From: a virus
Direction: 5' to 3' (one strand)
IMG/VR virus record: IMGVR_UViG_3300045988_079139
Location: 68,378 to 132,377 of that record
Length of the DNA stretch: 64,000 nt
Positions 46,311 to 54,804 of the stretch are shown here, one piece after another. A program made the position numbers and the translations under genes. The stretch's first letter is position 1. Each line of letters begins with the position of its first letter. The notes below the pieces were generated by a model. The model saw nothing but the letters and a program-made list of their open reading frames with translations. It had not been told where the DNA came from and did not search any database.

Positions 46311-46667
46311 TCAAGTTAAAATAATTTTAGTTGGGTCACCAACATTACTTCTATCACACCATCCACTATCTCGTAGATAGATAATAGGACCTTTACCATG
46401 TTCTTCCCAATATCGCTCAACATAACTGTCACCCTTACAATAGTGAGGGACATACTCTGCCCCATCTTCGATGATAGGTCCGGGGAAAATCTCACATATC
46501 TCTACGGGGGCATCACCTTCATCTAAGTCATTGTATAAGAATACAGGCGTATTGGGTGGAAACTGGGATAAAGCACGAATAATTTCACCTGCAGTAGCAG
46601 TCCATTTACCCATTAATTTTCCTCCTTTGCGGCAGCCGCAATTGCGCCTTCGGGAGAATACTCCCAA
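46311..46667 (-). CDS. hypothetical protein
   Basis: 118-aa ORF. Confidence 0.4.
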   Translation of the reverse strand: MGVFSRRRNCGCRKGGKLMGKWTATAGEIIRALSQFPPNTPVFLYNDLDEGDAPVEICEIFPGPIIEDGAEYVPHYCKGDSYVERYWEEHGKGPIIYLRDSGWCDRSNVGDPTKIILT

Positions 46668-47515
46668 TAGCAGTTATATCTACACTTACCTGTCTGAGGT
46701 GCGGACTTCAGCGCAGCCTCAATCTTTCTCACAGCGTCTTCCTTCTTAGGAGATACATTGCGAGCAATATACTTAATTACCCATAGAGCGGCAGTATTAA
46801 AGTCGTTAAAATACTTGGACTGACCGCTGTGCTGGTCAGTACACTTGAGCATCCAACTATTCTCATTTGCGCCAGTTTCAGCTTCCCACTTAGGCTGAGA
46901 ATTCCACTTCTGGAATACCGCAGGAGCCTTTTTACCGGTCTGAGGACGGGGCTGAGAAGGCATAGCCAGAATAGTGTCTTTATCTTCGGGCTTACACTTA
47001 TCATAAAGATGAGCAACGACAGTTTCAAGCATACGAGCATCTTCCAGGGCGTCGTGTTTCTGAACCAGTTCCTTCTGCTCCTGGATGAGCATATATACCT
47101 TACGAAGAGCCAGGTCGCTCTTAGCGACAAAGAACTTCTTTACAATAGAAGCATAGTCAATCAAATTACCGGCGATAGCCTGGGCGCAGACACAAGCCTG
47201 TGTGCTACTCATATGGCGCAGGGTGGAATTGATAAAATCAACATCCGAATTACCATAGACATAATAAGTCGGTGCTTCACCATCGCTATTGGCTTCGATA
47301 AAATCATACAGCATCTCAAATGCAGTATCAGCATCTGGAGCATTAGCCAGCATCTCATTCGTGATGCCGGTCAGCTCAGTGATGAATCTATCGACCTTTT
47401 TCTTATCACCAGGATTGACATATGTTTCAAATGTCTCGCCTGTGCCGGCGACACAACCGATACTGATAATTCGATTGGAAAATCTCGTTGCTTCAAAGTC
47501 TAAGTAAAAATTCAT
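46613..47515 (-). CDS. DEDDh 3'-5' exonuclease (DnaQ/RNase T-like) with C-terminal extension
   Basis: Exo I YLDFEAT, Exo II YGNSDVDF, Exo III HDALEDARM. Confidence 0.75.
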   Translation of the reverse strand: MNFYLDFEATRFSNRIISIGCVAGTGETFETYVNPGDKKKVDRFITELTGITNEMLANAPDADTAFEMLYDFIEANSDGEAPTYYVYGNSDVDFINSTLRHMSSTQACVCAQAIAGNLIDYASIVKKFFVAKSDLALRKVYMLIQEQKELVQKHDALEDARMLETVVAHLYDKCKPEDKDTILAMPSQPRPQTGKKAPAVFQKWNSQPKWEAETGANENSWMLKCTDQHSGQSKYFNDFNTAALWVIKYIARNVSPKKEDAVRKIEAALKSAPQTGKCRYNCYWEYSPEGAIAAAAKEEN

Positions 47516-47549
47516 AATTTATCAATTCCTTTCCTTTACTTTACATATA

Positions 47550-47578
47550 TATTATATCATATTTTTTAATAAAAATCA
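47550..47578 (-). promoter_or_regulatory. consensus cassette promoter
   Basis: Forward attata 47550-47555, aatcaa 47573-47578. Confidence 0.6.
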
Positions 47579-47612
47579 AAAAAGACCCTTGAAACTATAT
47601 TCAAGGGTCTTT
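47579..47612 (-). terminator. intrinsic terminator hairpin
   Basis: aaaaaa gacccttgaa actata ttcaagggtc. Confidence 0.6.
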
Positions 47613-47620
47613 GACTCATT

Positions 47621-48535
47621 TTACATCATAGCTTCTCGAAGCATCTTTGCACGAACGGGATTTCTGAGCTTACGAATTGCCTTATTTTCAATCTGACGAA
47701 TACGCTCCTTGGACAAACCATAATGGTCGCCAACCTCTTCCAAGGTCATAGCTTTTTCAACATCAATGCCAAAACGCATCTTCAAAATCTCTGCTTCACG
47801 AGAACCGAGAGTATCAAGGATGCTTGCCACAATCTGCTTGTTAGCTTCCTTAATCATATTCGCAATAGGATTCTCTGCAGAGTGGTCCGCAATCAAATCA
47901 CCCATACAAGTCTCTCCTTCATCATCAACAGGAGTGTCCAGAGAAGTGGTTGCCTGGGCAATATCCATGACTGCCTGTACCTTATCAAGCTCAATATCCA
48001 TATGAGCAGCGATTTCCTTATCAGAAGGAGCTCTGCCGAGCTTCTGAGTGAGTTCCGCAGTTGCCTTCTTCACCTTGCTCAGCAATTCAACCATATTCGC
48101 AGGAATACGGATGGTTCTGGACTGGTCACCCAGCGCACGAGAGATAGCCTGGCGAATCCAGTAAGTGGCATAAGTAGAGAAACGGAAACCCTTAGAGCCG
48201 TCATACTTCTCAGCGGCCTTAATCAGACCGAGATTACCCTCCTGGATAAGGTCGAGCAGAGGCAGGCCGCAACCATAATACTTCTTGGCAATAGATACAA
48301 CCAGAAGCAGGTTACATTCAACCAGTTCATTAATGGCATTATGGTCACCAGCCAAAGCCTTAACAGACAGCTCTCTCTCCTGTTCAGCAGTCAGACGACG
48401 ATGATTACCAATGGACTTTAGATAAGCCTTAACACCATCAAGGACAATGCCGCTATCGTAATCATAGGTTTCAGTCTCGCTCAGTTCACGAGCATCCTCT
48501 TCCATAATCATTACATTTTCATTCATTTCCATCAT
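47621..48535 (-). CDS. RNA polymerase sigma-70 family factor
   Basis: Region 2 [36 protein letters not shown]; region 4 [28 protein letters not shown]. Confidence 0.85.
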   Translation of the reverse strand: MMEMNENVMIMEEDARELSETETYDYDSGIVLDGVKAYLKSIGNHRRLTAEQERELSVKALAGDHNAINELVECNLLLVVSIAKKYYGCGLPLLDLIQEGNLGLIKAAEKYDGSKGFRFSTYATYWIRQAISRALGDQSRTIRIPANMVELLSKVKKATAELTQKLGRAPSDKEIAAHMDIELDKVQAVMDIAQATTSLDTPVDDEGETCMGDLIADHSAENPIANMIKEANKQIVASILDTLGSREAEILKMRFGIDVEKAMTLEEVGDHYGLSKERIRQIENKAIRKLRNPVRAKMLREAMM

Positions 48536-48590
48536 ATACGCACTCTCCCTCTTTTACCTTAAATACATTCTTTTTTCACTTTCTATATAT

Positions 48591-48619
48591 ATTATAACAT
48601 ATTTTTTTATAAAAATCAA
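48591..48619 (-). promoter_or_regulatory. consensus cassette promoter upstream of the sigma factor gene
   Basis: Forward attata 48591-48596, aatcaa 48614-48619. Confidence 0.6.
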
Positions 48620-48650
48620 ATAAGCCCTTCTTTACCAGAAGGGCTTATTA
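48620..48650 (-). terminator. intrinsic terminator hairpin
   Basis: aagcccttc tttacc agaagggctt. Confidence 0.55.
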
Positions 48651-48765
48651 TTTTATCGAGCCATTGTTCTAAAACGCCAATAGTGGCGAGCATATTGAAT
48701 GGCATTGTAGCCATCAGTGCTACACAACCACATAAGGACGCAAGTTAAAAAACCACGCAGGTCCA

Positions 48766-49704
48766 TTACATTCCCTCCCCAACATAGATAACTTTATCTA
48801 CATACTTGCGGTCTTCACCTTTGAGAATCGGCATTTCGTAGTCGACACCTCGCGCACGAGTCCACGCAGTGCCACGCTTCCAACGAGTGGGAAAATCATT
48901 CCAGTTAATATTGCGCTGTTCGTGCAGCATATCCTGGATTACATTACAAGAGCAACCTTGTAGTTCACTGTGAGAGAAGTTTGCTTGGCCGACCATCTGA
49001 ATGGAGTTACGAGTTGCGTCCAGCTGACGCCAGTAAACTAGGTTACAGGCCTCCTCTTTTGGAATATTAAATACGCGAGAGTCGAACATCGCGCCCTTTT
49101 GAAGAGCCTTATTGTATACCTCATCCAGCTTTTCATCACCAGGTAAAATCTCTGCTTTACCAAATTCGCCGGGGAACATAATGTGGTCAAAGTGCCAACG
49201 CTCATATTCATCAGCGAAGTATTTATTAAATGCCATAGTTGCCATAGAGGCAGAGATAGAACACATCTTCTGCACTTCATACTCAAACCAGGCATCGGTT
49301 TCAAAGGTCTGATAATCAATCAGAAGTAGAGTGATTTCGTCGGACTGGGTATATCCGAATACGCAACCCTGGATATTCTTACACAGATATTCCATAGTTT
49401 TTACCATCGCATTGCCCAACACCTCGTCGAATGGCTTCTGGAAACCTCGAGTAAAAGTGTGGAAAGCTTTACCGTCGATGCGAATTGCGACGGGCATTCG
49501 TCTTACAAGACGAGTTTTAGGCACTTGCTCGTAATAAGTTTTCATACGAGTGCCAAGAGCATCATTTACTGGCATTGTTTCTCTTCTCCTTCCATTCTGC
49601 GCAGTAATGCGTTGATTTTTCATATAATCTACTGCGGGTGCAGTAACATTTTCCTTGAACGCCAAGTGCGGAAAGGGGGCCTTTCCCCAATCCACAAGTG
49701 GCAC
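48766..49704 (-). CDS. tRNA-His guanylyltransferase (Thg1-like 3'-5' nucleotidyltransferase)
   Basis: RIDGKAFHTF...QSDEITLL. The true start is probably an internal Met near 49545-49575. Confidence 0.75.
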   Translation of the reverse strand: MPLVDWGKAPFPHLAFKENVTAPAVDYMKNQRITAQNGRRRETMPVNDALGTRMKTYYEQVPKTRLVRRMPVAIRIDGKAFHTFTRGFQKPFDEVLGNAMVKTMEYLCKNIQGCVFGYTQSDEITLLLIDYQTFETDAWFEYEVQKMCSISASMATMAFNKYFADEYERWHFDHIMFPGEFGKAEILPGDEKLDEVYNKALQKGAMFDSRVFNIPKEEACNLVYWRQLDATRNSIQMVGQANFSHSELQGCSCNVIQDMLHEQRNINWNDFPTRWKRGTAWTRARGVDYEMPILKGEDRKYVDKVIYVGEGM

Positions 49705-49709
49705 AAGTC

Positions 49710-50444
49710 TTATTTTTCTCCAATCTTCTTACCTCCACGCTTTGCCTTACGCTTGGTGGCGTTGTCAATAGTTTCTCTATGAATGGTCTGAATCTTGGAA
49801 GCAAAACCAGACTTGAGGAAAGAAGTGAAGTTTACAGGCTCCCAGTTAATAACGTCGGAGCAGACGTTTAGATGGTTCTGACGCTTACGACCAGCGTGGT
49901 CGTGGCCGTGAACATTGAAGAGCCAAGGAATTTCGACAGGCTCATGGGTTAGAATCAGCTTTTCGCCAACAATGAGAGCGCCCTCATATACTTCATCAAA
50001 GAGCAGGTTGTCCGCAGTTGCGACCCAGCGCTTAAAAGGAGCGTGGAACTCCCAAGACTCGTTGATGGTAATTTTCCAATTATGGAAATACATTCTCATT
50101 TCAGCGAGAACTTCTTCCTTAGTGAATTTGTCTTGGTCGTAGATACGAGTAATAACCTGACGCTTGTAGTTAGAAGCGCCGGCATCGTGGTTACCCATAA
50201 CCAGAATCTTGTATTCGGCACGCAGCTGGCGCACATAATCGATGTCGCCAACGTCACCAAGAACAATCAGACAGTCACGACGACCGCATTTGGAGTTAAT
50301 TCTCTTAACCTGCTCTTCAGCAGAAGGACGACCCTTGATGCCGCCTGCGAGTTCGTCATCATTGAAATGAGGGTCAGAATAAATCCAGACAGTCTGGTGC
50401 TTTTCGCCCCAGTGCTGGAAAGAATCATAAATTCCAGGCAACAT
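49710..50444 (-). CDS. calcineurin-like metallophosphoesterase
   Basis: VLGDVGD, GNHD and GHDH motifs. Confidence 0.75.
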   Translation of the reverse strand: MLPGIYDSFQHWGEKHQTVWIYSDPHFNDDELAGGIKGRPSAEEQVKRINSKCGRRDCLIVLGDVGDIDYVRQLRAEYKILVMGNHDAGASNYKRQVITRIYDQDKFTKEEVLAEMRMYFHNWKITINESWEFHAPFKRWVATADNLLFDEVYEGALIVGEKLILTHEPVEIPWLFNVHGHDHAGRKRQNHLNVCSDVINWEPVNFTSFLKSGFASKIQTIHRETIDNATKRKAKRGGKKIGEK

Positions 50445-50603
50445 AGTGTCAACCTCCTTTAACCTTTAATTAAATATTCAACAGTAGTAACATACAGAGG
50501 AATGAAGCCGAACAAGAACCATCCTTTCCAGGTTCGTTCATGCCACTTACGATAATGCTTATCATAACGACTGGTACACCAAATATACTTAATAATCATA
50601 GTA

Positions 50604-50789
50604 TCAAATCCCTTCCAAGACTTTAATCATTCGGTCACAGAGTTCTTCCATCTGTTCTTTTGTAATTTTTCGCCATTTCCAGCACCAAGAGATACGGTCA
50701 GAAATCCATTCAATCTTGTGTTGGTGATAAGGCTTATAGTTTTCGTAGGATTGGAGAGCCTTATCAATCTCACTATAAAACTTATTCAT
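50604..50789 (-). CDS. small hypothetical protein
   Basis: 61-aa ORF flanked by a promoter/terminator cassette. Confidence 0.4.
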   Translation of the reverse strand: MNKFYSEIDKALQSYENYKPYHQHKIEWISDRISWCWKWRKITKEQMEELCDRMIKVLEGI

Positions 50790-50818
50790 AACTTTCTCCT
50801 CTCCTTACTTTCTATATA

Positions 50819-50847
50819 TATTATATCATATTTTTTTATAAAAATCA
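50819..50847 (-). promoter_or_regulatory. consensus cassette promoter
   Basis: Forward attata 50819-50824, aatcaa 50842-50847. Confidence 0.6.
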
Positions 50848-50848
50848 A

Positions 50849-50880
50849 TAAAGACCTTGTGGATGCCACAAGGTCTTTAT
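50849..50880 (-). terminator. intrinsic terminator hairpin
   Basis: aaagaccttgtgg atg ccacaaggtcttt. Confidence 0.6.
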
Positions 50881-50881
50881 T

Positions 50882-51253
50882 TTACCACTCAATTTCACTT
50901 TTCTTCGGCCTATCCTTAAAGACTTTTTCAGCCTTTTCAATAAGATAGCACATATAGTCTGGTTCGTCAGATTCTCGATATTCAACTGCCCAAGAATAAG
51001 TCTTGGGAAGAAATACGATAACTAGTGCAACCCAGACAACAGGCCAGCCAATTAATGCCAGGAGACCAATGAAGAGAGCAATCGCCAGGGCAGCTGCGGC
51101 CGCAGTCCCCACAGCAATTAGATAATCTTTAATCTTCATAAATATACTCCTTATAACTTCTTGCGTAATCGGGAGCGCAAATCTTAACTTCAAAATGGTC
51201 ATCATCAATATCGCTGGAGTAAAAAACTTCATGTAATGCCATTTGAATATCAT
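50882..51253 (-). CDS. small membrane protein
   Basis: Long hydrophobic segment. Confidence 0.4.
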   Translation of the reverse strand: MIFKWHYMKFFTPAILMMTILKLRFALPITQEVIRSIFMKIKDYLIAVGTAAAAALAIALFIGLLALIGWPVVWVALVIVFLPKTYSWAVEYRESDEPDYMCYLIEKAEKVFKDRPKKSEIEW

Positions 51254-51341
51254 TCACATAATCTTCCAATTCATCTTCTGGAATATCTTTAACTCTCATA
51301 ACAAAATGAAAAGGTATAACGAAATCAGCTTTTCTTACCAT
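51129..51341 (-). CDS. small hypothetical protein
   Basis: 70-aa ORF. Confidence 0.3.
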   Translation of the reverse strand: MVRKADFVIPFHFVMRVKDIPEDELEDYVNDIQMALHEVFYSSDIDDDHFEVKICAPDYARSYKEYIYED

Positions 51342-52215
51342 AGTTAGTCTCCATATCCCATAATGCCATATAGGGACTCTTATCTAAATCCCACTCATTA
51401 GCATAAGTACACTTACCATTCCACCGATTCCAGATACTATCCAAATCTTCGTAATCCATATAGAACTGCTGAACATGAGGCCGCTCAATCCGGTCTGCGT
51501 GGAAGTGACCAAATAGCCAGACATTCCAGTCAAAAGTATCTTTGACCTGATTCATCCACCATTCCATAGAGGTATCTACAGTAGTTTGGTCAATGCAACC
51601 AAGGAACAGGTCAGTAGGCTCCCAATCAAAGGGGCAAGTATGAGTGAGTACAAGGTCAAATTTTTTACCTACATTACTCTCTTGGATGGCAGTCATTTCT
51701 TCTTGAGTCAAACATTCATCCTTGAACCAGCCGCACTTCTTAGGGTCTGCAATAGCCCCATCAGTCGCAGAGTATCCAGCCCGAATGAGCCGCCAATACT
51801 TATCAACGGAATAAGCTCCGCCAATGACTAGAGTAGGATGACCGTCGATGACATAGTTGCCACCATCGGCGAAATACCGAATATTAGGAAATTCTTCTTC
51901 CATCCAAGTCATATTACCGACTTGAAAATCGTTTTCAAGGTGCATAGTTTCAATAAGCTCGGGCCGCTGCTCGTGGTTGCCCCGAACACAGTAAATCTTA
52001 ACGCCCATATTATTAAGCATTTTCTTATGCTTTTTGTCGGTTTTATTCAGATAAAAGTTAAGACCAGCGTCACCAAGAATAATGACTCCAAGCTCACCAT
52101 CTTTAAAACCAGGGTTATTCCGTTTAATATTACTAATCCGAGTGATGGTGCTGACTCCACCGTGAGTATCACCAGTGATAATCCACTTTTTAATCATCAT
52201 CATTCTCCTTTCCAC
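51325..52215 (-). CDS. calcineurin-like metallophosphoesterase (Ser/Thr phosphatase-like)
   Basis: GDTHGG, ILGDAG, GNHE and GHFH motifs. Confidence 0.75.
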   Translation of the reverse strand: MERRMMMIKKWIITGDTHGGVSTITRISNIKRNNPGFKDGELGVIILGDAGLNFYLNKTDKKHKKMLNNMGVKIYCVRGNHEQRPELIETMHLENDFQVGNMTWMEEEFPNIRYFADGGNYVIDGHPTLVIGGAYSVDKYWRLIRAGYSATDGAIADPKKCGWFKDECLTQEEMTAIQESNVGKKFDLVLTHTCPFDWEPTDLFLGCIDQTTVDTSMEWWMNQVKDTFDWNVWLFGHFHADRIERPHVQQFYMDYEDLDSIWNRWNGKCTYANEWDLDKSPYMALWDMETNYGKKS

Positions 52216-52227
52216 TTTTCTATATAT

Positions 52228-52256
52228 ATTATAACATATTTTTTTATAAAAATCAA
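52228..52256 (-). promoter_or_regulatory. consensus cassette promoter
   Basis: Forward attata 52228-52233, aatcaa 52251-52256. Confidence 0.6.
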
Positions 52257-52284
52257 AAAAGGAGCCTTATTCAGGCTCCTTTCG
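52255..52284 (-). terminator. intrinsic terminator hairpin
   Basis: aaaaaa ggagcc ttattc aggctcc. Confidence 0.55.
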
Positions 52285-52701
52285 TAAATTACTCAAATCT
52301 TCATACCATCCACCATGAGGGTATTTCTCTGTGGTGGGTTGATGGACCCAGGTAATGCCACCTGCGTCAACATAGCTTGCATCAGGTTTCGGAAAATCTG
52401 GGTCAGGCTTAAAATCAGTAGGCGGAGTATAAGGCGTTGTATCGCCATCTTTTAGAAAAACAATAGGACTTCTTGTACCGTTTTTCTTCAGCGCCCAATA
52501 AGTTTTCATTAACTCAGTTTCTTTACGAAGTTTTTCTTCCTCTTCGGCAATTCTAGTGCGTTCTTTCGCCACATAGAGTTGGAGTGCTTGTTTAACAAGA
52601 CACTCACCAGCTCCATCGGCAGCGAATGCACACTCTCCCTCAAAACAAGGCACTTCTGAAGTATACTGCTTTCCATAAGACATTAATGGACAATACTTCA
52701 T
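52267..52701 (-). CDS. hypothetical Cys-containing protein
   Basis: 144-aa ORF. Confidence 0.45.
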   Translation of the reverse strand: MKYCPLMSYGKQYTSEVPCFEGECAFAADGAGECLVKQALQLYVAKERTRIAEEEEKLRKETELMKTYWALKKNGTRSPIVFLKDGDTTPYTPPTDFKPDPDFPKPDASYVDAGGITWVHQPTTEKYPHGGWYEDLSNLRKEPE

Positions 52702-53531
52702 TTCAACAGCTCCTTCTCAACAGAGATACGCATAATGTTGTAAGAAACATCCTCCAAAAGTTCACGAACCCAAGTTTCTTCTTGGTCAGGGTGGGCTGTA
52801 CAGAACTCATCCGCCATTTCAACCACATGGTCTAGAATTCCTTTCGCAAGCACTCGAGCTTCCTCAAGAGAATATATACTTAACATTTTGAAATCCATCA
52901 TTCTAGGTCTACGGCTGCTAGTAGGAATTAAGCAATCCTTGTAAGGCTCACCAGCAATGTATCTCTCCAGGTAATCATCTACTCGGTCCAGATGAGAAAC
53001 CTGCTTGCCATCGTAGCCATACTTGTCGATGATGTCAACTTTGGCGGGATATCTATGTTCCATTGCGTGATACTTTTCCATCGCAATGCCCTTCATAGAC
53101 TTAACCGCACGGTGAACGTTCATATGAGCGATGAACTCGCGGGCCGCAACTAATCTATCCCACTCTTCCTTATACATCGGGTTGATGATGTAGAAATCAG
53201 TAAATAGGATTTCAAGGAAGTTTAAGTTCTGTTTACGGAAAGTTTCCATATACAGACGCACATCTTTCCAGTCAGTATGTTCATCGTTTGTTCGGACATG
53301 AGTAGTAGAAACAGGCTTTTTGTTTAGGCAGATATCTCTAAAGCTAGGGACTACGATTAGCTTAGTATCAACGTCAGAACCCTCATAGTCTAATTCATAG
53401 TTCTGACTACCCTGAAGGAACACACCAACAATCTGCTCTTCTGGAAAATACTGTAGAGCTTCATCGTAATGGTCCTGGACACGTTTCATAATGAGACCGT
53501 GTCTAATCTCTTTAGGAGTTACAATAGACAT
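52698..53531 (-). CDS. Pol-beta-superfamily nucleotidyltransferase (NTP_transf_2-like)
   Basis: GVFLQGSQNYELDYEGSDVDTKLIV (GS...D.D motif). Confidence 0.5.
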   Translation of the reverse strand: MSIVTPKEIRHGLIMKRVQDHYDEALQYFPEEQIVGVFLQGSQNYELDYEGSDVDTKLIVVPSFRDICLNKKPVSTTHVRTNDEHTDWKDVRLYMETFRKQNLNFLEILFTDFYIINPMYKEEWDRLVAAREFIAHMNVHRAVKSMKGIAMEKYHAMEHRYPAKVDIIDKYGYDGKQVSHLDRVDDYLERYIAGEPYKDCLIPTSSRRPRMMDFKMLSIYSLEEARVLAKGILDHVVEMADEFCTAHPDQEETWVRELLEDVSYNIMRISVEKELLK

Positions 53532-53548
53532 TGCAGCCCCTCCTTTCT

Positions 53549-53890
53549 TTAATCGTCAATATCTCTGCGGTAAAGTTTTAAATCACCATAGAAACCGCTA
53601 TATTCCATAGTGAGTTGAAAATCATAGTCGGGGTGAGCATACCAATACCAGGTATCTTGCTGCCAGCCGTTTTCATCAAAGTCCAACCGCTCCCATCCAT
53701 CCTCCTGGAGAATTGTATCTAATTCAGAGGGTGCATAAATGGGGGTAAATTCTCGGATATCTAAAACAAAATCAGATTTTTTAGGAAAGACTTCTCGAAT
53801 ATAAAAACTTGTAATAAAACGAGCAGTCAAATCATGTAAATGTTTGCGGCGTTCCGCAGGTGTCATTTCATCAAGACAAGGTTTATTCAT
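53549..53890 (-). CDS. hypothetical protein
   Basis: 113-aa ORF. Confidence 0.4.
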   Translation of the reverse strand: MNKPCLDEMTPAERRKHLHDLTARFITSFYIREVFPKKSDFVLDIREFTPIYAPSELDTILQEDGWERLDFDENGWQQDTWYWYAHPDYDFQLTMEYSGFYGDLKLYRRDIDD

Positions 53891-54288
53891 TACTTTACCT
53901 CCGTCCAGCCATTGCGCTGAATAATTGCTTGCATTCTCTGTCTTGCTACGGGATTTGCAGAATGAATACGGATAGGGATATTGCGACCAGTAGCTTCGAG
54001 CCAGTCTAAGAGTTTGTAACCCTCAGCCTCATGCTCACCAAGGTCATTATCGCAGGAAATTACTTCGACAGACCATATCTGGTGACGACGCTCGAAAGTT
54101 TCTCTATCAGTATAACCAAGAATATACTGTTCCCAATCCCAATCGGACTCACGATTGTATCGTGTAATCTCATAGATAGCAGACTCAACAGTCTTAACCC
54201 AGATATATCCCTCGGGTGCGGGGCGAATATCATCCATCCACAGCTTCATCGAAGTCTTCCTCCTTTGCTCCAAAATAGCAACCATCAC
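53890..54288 (-). CDS. hypothetical protein
   Basis: 132-aa ORF. Confidence 0.4.
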   Translation of the reverse strand: MMVAILEQRRKTSMKLWMDDIRPAPEGYIWVKTVESAIYEITRYNRESDWDWEQYILGYTDRETFERRHQIWSVEVISCDNDLGEHEAEGYKLLDWLEATGRNIPIRIHSANPVARQRMQAIIQRNGWTEVK

Positions 54289-54336
54289 GGTCTTCTTTTA
54301 TAGTACAATCTTCCCAATAAATACATTGAGAACAAA

Positions 54337-54783
54337 TTACAAATTCTCCCATTCATCGTCCTCCTTAATCTTAAAAGGACACCAATCCGGAACGGGCGGA
54401 ATTTCGGAATCATATTCTACATAAGTAGTAATACGCTTCGGACCAGAAGGCGTCTGCACAGCATTACAATAGTAGTCAAATGCATAGCCGGCACGAGGAG
54501 TGCGGGTCTGCTTAACACAAGGACACTCATCGCAACGACCCACTCCGACAACTACCATGGCGGTCTTGGGAAAGTCGTGATTCTCACAGTGATGCTTATC
54601 ACACTTATAGCCTTCAACATCACACTTTTTCAGATTGCAATAAATCTTATTGCCATCTTCGTAGGGCTTACAATGTTTACACAGAACTCCTTGCTTCATA
54701 CCCATCAATTCCTTTCTTTTACTTTCTATAAATATTATAACATATTTTTTATTAAAAATCAAAAAGGGGATGGTGTTACCCAT
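54337..54783 (-). CDS. hypothetical Cys-rich protein
   Basis: 148-aa ORF with many Cys/His. Confidence 0.4.
   Translation of the reverse strand: MGNTIPFLIFNKKYVIIFIESKRKELMGMKQGVLCKHCKPYEDGNKIYCNLKKCDVEGYKCDKHHCENHDFPKTAMVVVGVGRCDECPCVKQTRTPRAGYAFDYYCNAVQTPSGPKRITTYVEYDSEIPPVPDWCPFKIKEDDEWENL
54734..54762 (-). promoter_or_regulatory. consensus cassette promoter
   Basis: Forward attata 54734-54739, aatcaa 54757-54762. Confidence 0.6.
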
Positions 54784-54790
54784 CCCCTGT
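54761..54790 (-). terminator. intrinsic terminator hairpin
   Basis: aaaaa ggggatgg tgtta cccatcccc. Confidence 0.6.
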
Positions 54791-54804
54791 AAAATTTTAT
54801 TTAA

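Noticed and set aside
49562-49804. 80-aa minus-strand ORF overlapping both the Thg1-like start region and the end of the metallophosphoesterase.
   Set aside because: Overlaps two better-supported genes in a different frame and shows no domain signal. More likely the Thg1-like gene starts at an internal Met and this ORF is spurious.
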